A stretch of 64,000 nt of DNA, taken from assembly GCA_038888155.1 (NCBI GenBank), contig JAWAJB010000001.1, forward strand, positions 96,001-160,000. The letters are read 5' to 3'. A program made the position numbers and the translations under genes. The DNA is from Desulfurococcaceae archaeon (GTDB lineage: Archaea > Thermoproteota > Thermoprotei_A > Sulfolobales > Desulfurococcaceae). The notes beneath the pieces were generated by a model that saw only the letters and a program-made list of their open reading frames with translations, searched no databases and was not told where the DNA came from. Positions 60,586 through 64,000 of the stretch are shown here, in pieces (position 1 is the first letter of the stretch; every line of letters begins with the position of its first letter).

Positions 60586-61512
60586 TTGAGTGCTTGGGTA
60601 AGGAGATTAACTGGTTCCGAGCTTGTATTCTCTGTCCTAGAGGAGCTAGCTAAGATCGCAGAAGAGGGAAGCAAAGATCTATTCTCGAAGAGATTAGTTG
60701 AAGTGGCTGACTACGTAATTAGCGAAAGACCTTGTTCGATGGCTATTGTAAACATGGTGCGGTCTATTTTTCTCTACCTTCTCGACAAGGGCTTCGATGG
60801 AGTTAGTAGCTATATCAATAGCCTTAAAGATAAATACAACGATACACTATGGAAAGCTTCTGAAATAGCGTCTAAACGAGTAGTCACTGGCGATAAAATA
60901 CTAACAAATAGCAATAGTTTAGCAGTAAGGAGGTTTCTCAAAATACTGCACGATCAAGGAAAAGAAATTGATCTATACATTACAGAGTCCCGACCCGGCA
61001 ACGAGGGAATACTAGTAGCCGAATACGCGGACGAACTTGGCCTAAAAGCGCACTTAATTGTTGACTCCGCTGCTAGGTTTTTCATGAAAAACGTTGATAA
61101 GGTATTCGTGGGCGCTGAAGCTATAGCTACAAATGGGGCAGTTGTCTCAAAAGTCGGCACCAGCCTAATAGCACTCGTGGCCAAGGAGGCTAGAAAAAGA
61201 TTTTTTGTAATTGCACCTAGTTACAAGTTCAGCTATGAGACTGTTTACGGAGAGCTCTTCAAAGTACCAGAGGGAGGGCTAGAGCTAATAATAGACCAAG
61301 AAAGAGACAAAAATCTTGCGCCTAGTTTCACGGCGCGAGTCCCTATCTACGATGTTACTCCACCAGAGTACATTGACGCAGTTGCGACTGAGTACGGCAT
61401 GATAGCGCCCCAAGCGTTGCCCTTGCTCGTTAGGAGCTTATGGGGAACGTACCCGCCCACAGTGACTCCACTTACTGATATACTTGTAATTTACAAGAGT
61501 TCTTGCCGATGA
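60586..61512 (+). CDS. eIF-2B alpha/beta/delta-family protein with degenerate isomerase active site
   Basis: ERPCS, TESRP, VDSA, GAEAI, KVGT and YDVTPPEYID motifs. Lacks IRGA, THC and GAD. Confidence 0.85.
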   Translation: MSAWVRRLTGSELVFSVLEELAKIAEEGSKDLFSKRLVEVADYVISERPCSMAIVNMVRSIFLYLLDKGFDGVSSYINSLKDKYNDTLWKASEIASKRVVTGDKILTNSNSLAVRRFLKILHDQGKEIDLYITESRPGNEGILVAEYADELGLKAHLIVDSAARFFMKNVDKVFVGAEAIATNGAVVSKVGTSLIALVAKEARKRFFVIAPSYKFSYETVYGELFKVPEGGLELIIDQERDKNLAPSFTARVPIYDVTPPEYIDAVATEYGMIAPQALPLLVRSLWGTYPPTVTPLTDILVIYKSSCR

Positions 61513-61521
61513 GGTGCAACT

Positions 61522-62508
61522 ATGGAGATTCCCATTGGTGTAATTCAAATAGCTAGGGATATTGAGTCTATGAAGATCAGAGGAGCTGGTAAAATAGCAA
61601 GAGCTGCGGCTGAGGCCATGATAGTAGCTGGAGTAGAGTACAATGGTCCAAGAAATATAAATGATTTCAAGGGATATGTGGCTCGAGTGGCTAAGCTACT
61701 TATATCAACTAGGCCCTCGGCTGTCAGTTTGCCAAATGCTGTAATCTATGTAATGGCACAACTGAGGAATAAGTCAAGCTACGAGGAGGCTAAAGAGTCC
61801 TTAATTTCAGCGGCTAAAAACTTTATAAGGAATTCCGAGGATGCGGTCAGAAAAATTAGCGAATTCGGGGCGAAGAGGATCAGAGATGGCTCAGTAGTTC
61901 TCACTCATTGTCATAGCTCAGCTGCAGTTGAAGTCATTGTTAATGGTTACAAACAGGGCAGAGTGGTAAAAGTTTATAGCACTGAGACAAGGCCATTCCT
62001 ACAGGGCAGGCTAACAGCCTCACATTTGATCAAATGCGGCGTCCCTACTGTTCAAATCCCCGATAGCGCTACAAGATACATTATGCACGAAGTAGATTAC
62101 GTTGTTGTAGGTGCCGACACTGTTACAAGTAATGGGGCAATTGTTAATAAAATTGGAACAAGCCAAGTGGCACTCGCAGCAAAGGAAGCTAGAACAAGAG
62201 TCTATGTGGCAGCTGAATCATATAAATTCTCTCCAATGACCCTTATAGGAGAGCTCGTTAAAATAGAGTATAGAAGCCCTGAAGAAATTGTTCCAAGGGA
62301 GTGGCTTAATAAACACCCAGAGGTAAGGGTATTAAACCCTGTCTTTGATGTAACTCCACCCGAATACGTTGATGCAATCATAACAGAGTTCGGCGTACTC
62401 CCTCCTCAGGCATCTGCACTTATATTAATCGACAAGCTGGGCTGGACTCTAGAAACCATAAAGTACTCCGAAGACATTGTATCGAACCTCGAGAAAATTA
62501 TAGGTTAA
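61522..62508 (+). CDS. Ribose-1,5-bisphosphate isomerase (eIF-2B family)
   Basis: MKIRGAG, TRPSAVSLPNA, THCHS, ETRP..QG, GADT, NKIGT and NPVFDVTP motifs. Confidence 0.9.
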   Translation: MEIPIGVIQIARDIESMKIRGAGKIARAAAEAMIVAGVEYNGPRNINDFKGYVARVAKLLISTRPSAVSLPNAVIYVMAQLRNKSSYEEAKESLISAAKNFIRNSEDAVRKISEFGAKRIRDGSVVLTHCHSSAAVEVIVNGYKQGRVVKVYSTETRPFLQGRLTASHLIKCGVPTVQIPDSATRYIMHEVDYVVVGADTVTSNGAIVNKIGTSQVALAAKEARTRVYVAAESYKFSPMTLIGELVKIEYRSPEEIVPREWLNKHPEVRVLNPVFDVTPPEYVDAIITEFGVLPPQASALILIDKLGWTLETIKYSEDIVSNLEKIIG

Positions 62509-62519
62509 GGCGAGTGAAT

Positions 62520-62801
62520 ATGGTTATTTTTCGAAGGACTAAGAAAAAAAGCCCCGAGGAAATGCGAAACGAGCTTATCAAATTAATTGATGAAAGCAGG
62601 GAGGCTGTATACAAAGAGGCGTTCTATTCCCATCCATCAGTAAGAGGAATAGTAGAAAGCATAAATAAGCGTTGGGAGGCAGCTGGGTACACTGGTAAAC
62701 CTATAGACTACGCCACAGTAGATGAGGTTAAGGCTCTCTACAAAATTGCGAAAAAGATAGCTCAACTTGAGCCCAGTGAGTTAGAGGAAGAATATTTTTA
62801 A
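62520..62801 (+). CDS. Hypothetical protein
   Basis: Compact charged ORF directly downstream of the isomerase gene. Confidence 0.65.
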   Translation: MVIFRRTKKKSPEEMRNELIKLIDESREAVYKEAFYSHPSVRGIVESINKRWEAAGYTGKPIDYATVDEVKALYKIAKKIAQLEPSELEEEYF

Positions 62802-62864
62802 TGAAATGTGTACTAAATAAAAGTGAGTATTTTTAATAGCCTTAGAGTTAAGGTGTAACTGGAG

Positions 62865-63230
62865 TTGAGTGATACAGAGGCGCTTAGAGAAAAGGTTATA
62901 GAGGTACTGGAGAGCATTATTGATCCAGAAATAGGTATTGACGTGTACAACCTCGGGCTAATATACGATATACAAGTCATCGACGATAAAAATGTTAAGA
63001 TCTCTATGGGATTGACAACGATTTTTTGTCCACTTGCATCGATAATACCCCTCATGATATCAGAACAGCTGCGTGTTAGGCTGGGGATAGAGGCAGATAT
63101 CAGCGTGGTTTATGACCCTCCCTGGACACCGTTGAGGATGACTGAAAAGGGTCGCTCCGCTTTTAAAGAGAGGTTTGGCTACGATATTGTTGAAACTTAT
63201 TTACAGTCGTTTAGGTTAATCAACAAGTAA
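62865..63230 (+). CDS. DUF59/SufT metal-sulfur cluster assembly factor
   Basis: IDPEIGIDVYNLGLIY, TTIFCP and DPPWT motifs. Confidence 0.92.
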   Translation: MSDTEALREKVIEVLESIIDPEIGIDVYNLGLIYDIQVIDDKNVKISMGLTTIFCPLASIIPLMISEQLRVRLGIEADISVVYDPPWTPLRMTEKGRSAFKERFGYDIVETYLQSFRLINK

Positions 63231-63243
63231 AGGTGTACGCGAT

Positions 63244-64000
63244 TTGAGCTGGAGCATTTTAGTTCTACTGAGGGAAAAGCCCGACTTGCTGAAAGAATAC
63301 GTAAAAAAGAGATTTATGGATCTTTCCATTGTTGATAAAGCGTATGAGTTGGATCTCCTGTGGCGCAAGCTTTTAACAACCGTCCAAGAGGTAAGACACA
63401 AGCACAATATAATAAGTAGAGAGGTGTCAAGGCTCCCAGAGCACGAGAAAGAGAAGAAAATAGATGAAGCAAGGAGGTTGCTAGACGAGTTAAATAGACT
63501 TGAAAGCGAACTAAAAATTGTCGAGCAACAGAGAGAGGATATCCTACTGAATCTACCAAATATCGTTCATCAAAGTGTACCTTTAGGTCCTGATGATAGT
63601 TATAATGTCCCCCTTAGATTTTGGGGGAAACCGAGAGTTTGGGTTGAGTACCTGGAGCAGTTTAAGCAGCAGACCGAGAGATTTGGATTTAAAGTGGATT
63701 ACGAGGCTATTAATTGGAGACCTGTTGGTCATGCGGACGTACTAGAAAACGCTCTCAACCTAGGAAATACCATAAAGGCCGGAGAAGTTGCTGGGAGCAG
63801 GTTTTACTACTTATTTGATGATATAGTCTTCTTGGACATGGCTTTACTAATGCACGCCGTCAACCACCTGACCAATAAGGGCTACAGACTTGTTCTTCCA
63901 CCTTACATGTTGAGACATAAAATCATGATGGGGGTTCTAGACCTAAAGGCATTTGAGGATGCAATCTACAAAATCGAGGGTGAGGACTTATACCTTATAG
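63244..64000 (+). CDS. serS: Serine--tRNA ligase (runs off the window end; absent from the ORF track)
   Basis: Manual translation: MSWSILVLLREKPDLLKEYVKKR...coiled arm...LPNIVHQSVPLGPD...H...AGSRFYYL...PPYML...IYKIEGEDLYL. GGTG SD upstream. Confidence 0.95.
   Translation, partial: MSWSILVLLREKPDLLKEYVKKRFMDLSIVDKAYELDLLWRKLLTTVQEVRHKHNIISREVSRLPEHEKEKKIDEARRLLDELNRLESELKIVEQQREDILLNLPNIVHQSVPLGPDDSYNVPLRFWGKPRVWVEYLEQFKQQTERFGFKVDYEAINWRPVGHADVLENALNLGNTIKAGEVAGSRFYYLFDDIVFLDMALLMHAVNHLTNKGYRLVLPPYMLRHKIMMGVLDLKAFEDAIYKIEGEDLYLI

Overview
Gene-dense core-genome window from a hyperthermophilic crenarchaeon, most consistent with Desulfurococcaceae. This is inferred from archaeal TATA boxes, GGTGA/GGAGG SD sites, frequent TTG/GTG starts, and Hjc, PINA, PCNA, TiaS, Taw1 and pantoate kinase/phosphopantothenate synthetase. 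It holds about 55 CDS. These include four aminoacyl-tRNA synthetases (ileS and serS cut by the window edges), tRNA-modification and DNA-repair genes, PEP synthase, a dispersed biotin-dependent acyl-CoA carboxylase with a coupled thiolase, most of the archaeal CoA pathway, and two Nat-type ABC exporters. No tRNA, rRNA, CRISPR array, transposase or integrase was found. The main unexplained signals are: (i) one canonical and one degenerate C/D box sRNA, the canonical one forming the leader of the biotin carrier gene; (ii) a GC-rich, TATA-preceded, potentially bistable RNA element at 32950-33025; (iii) apparent ATT/ATA start codons behind good SD sites (ppsA, nadM, perhaps nth); (iv) a bacterial-type PLP-dependent arginine decarboxylase; (v) an HprK-like P-loop kinase inside the CoA cluster; and (vi) a tandem catalytic/degenerate pair of ribose-1,5-bisphosphate isomerase (eIF2B-family) genes. 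All calls come from reading motifs by eye; no database searches were run.
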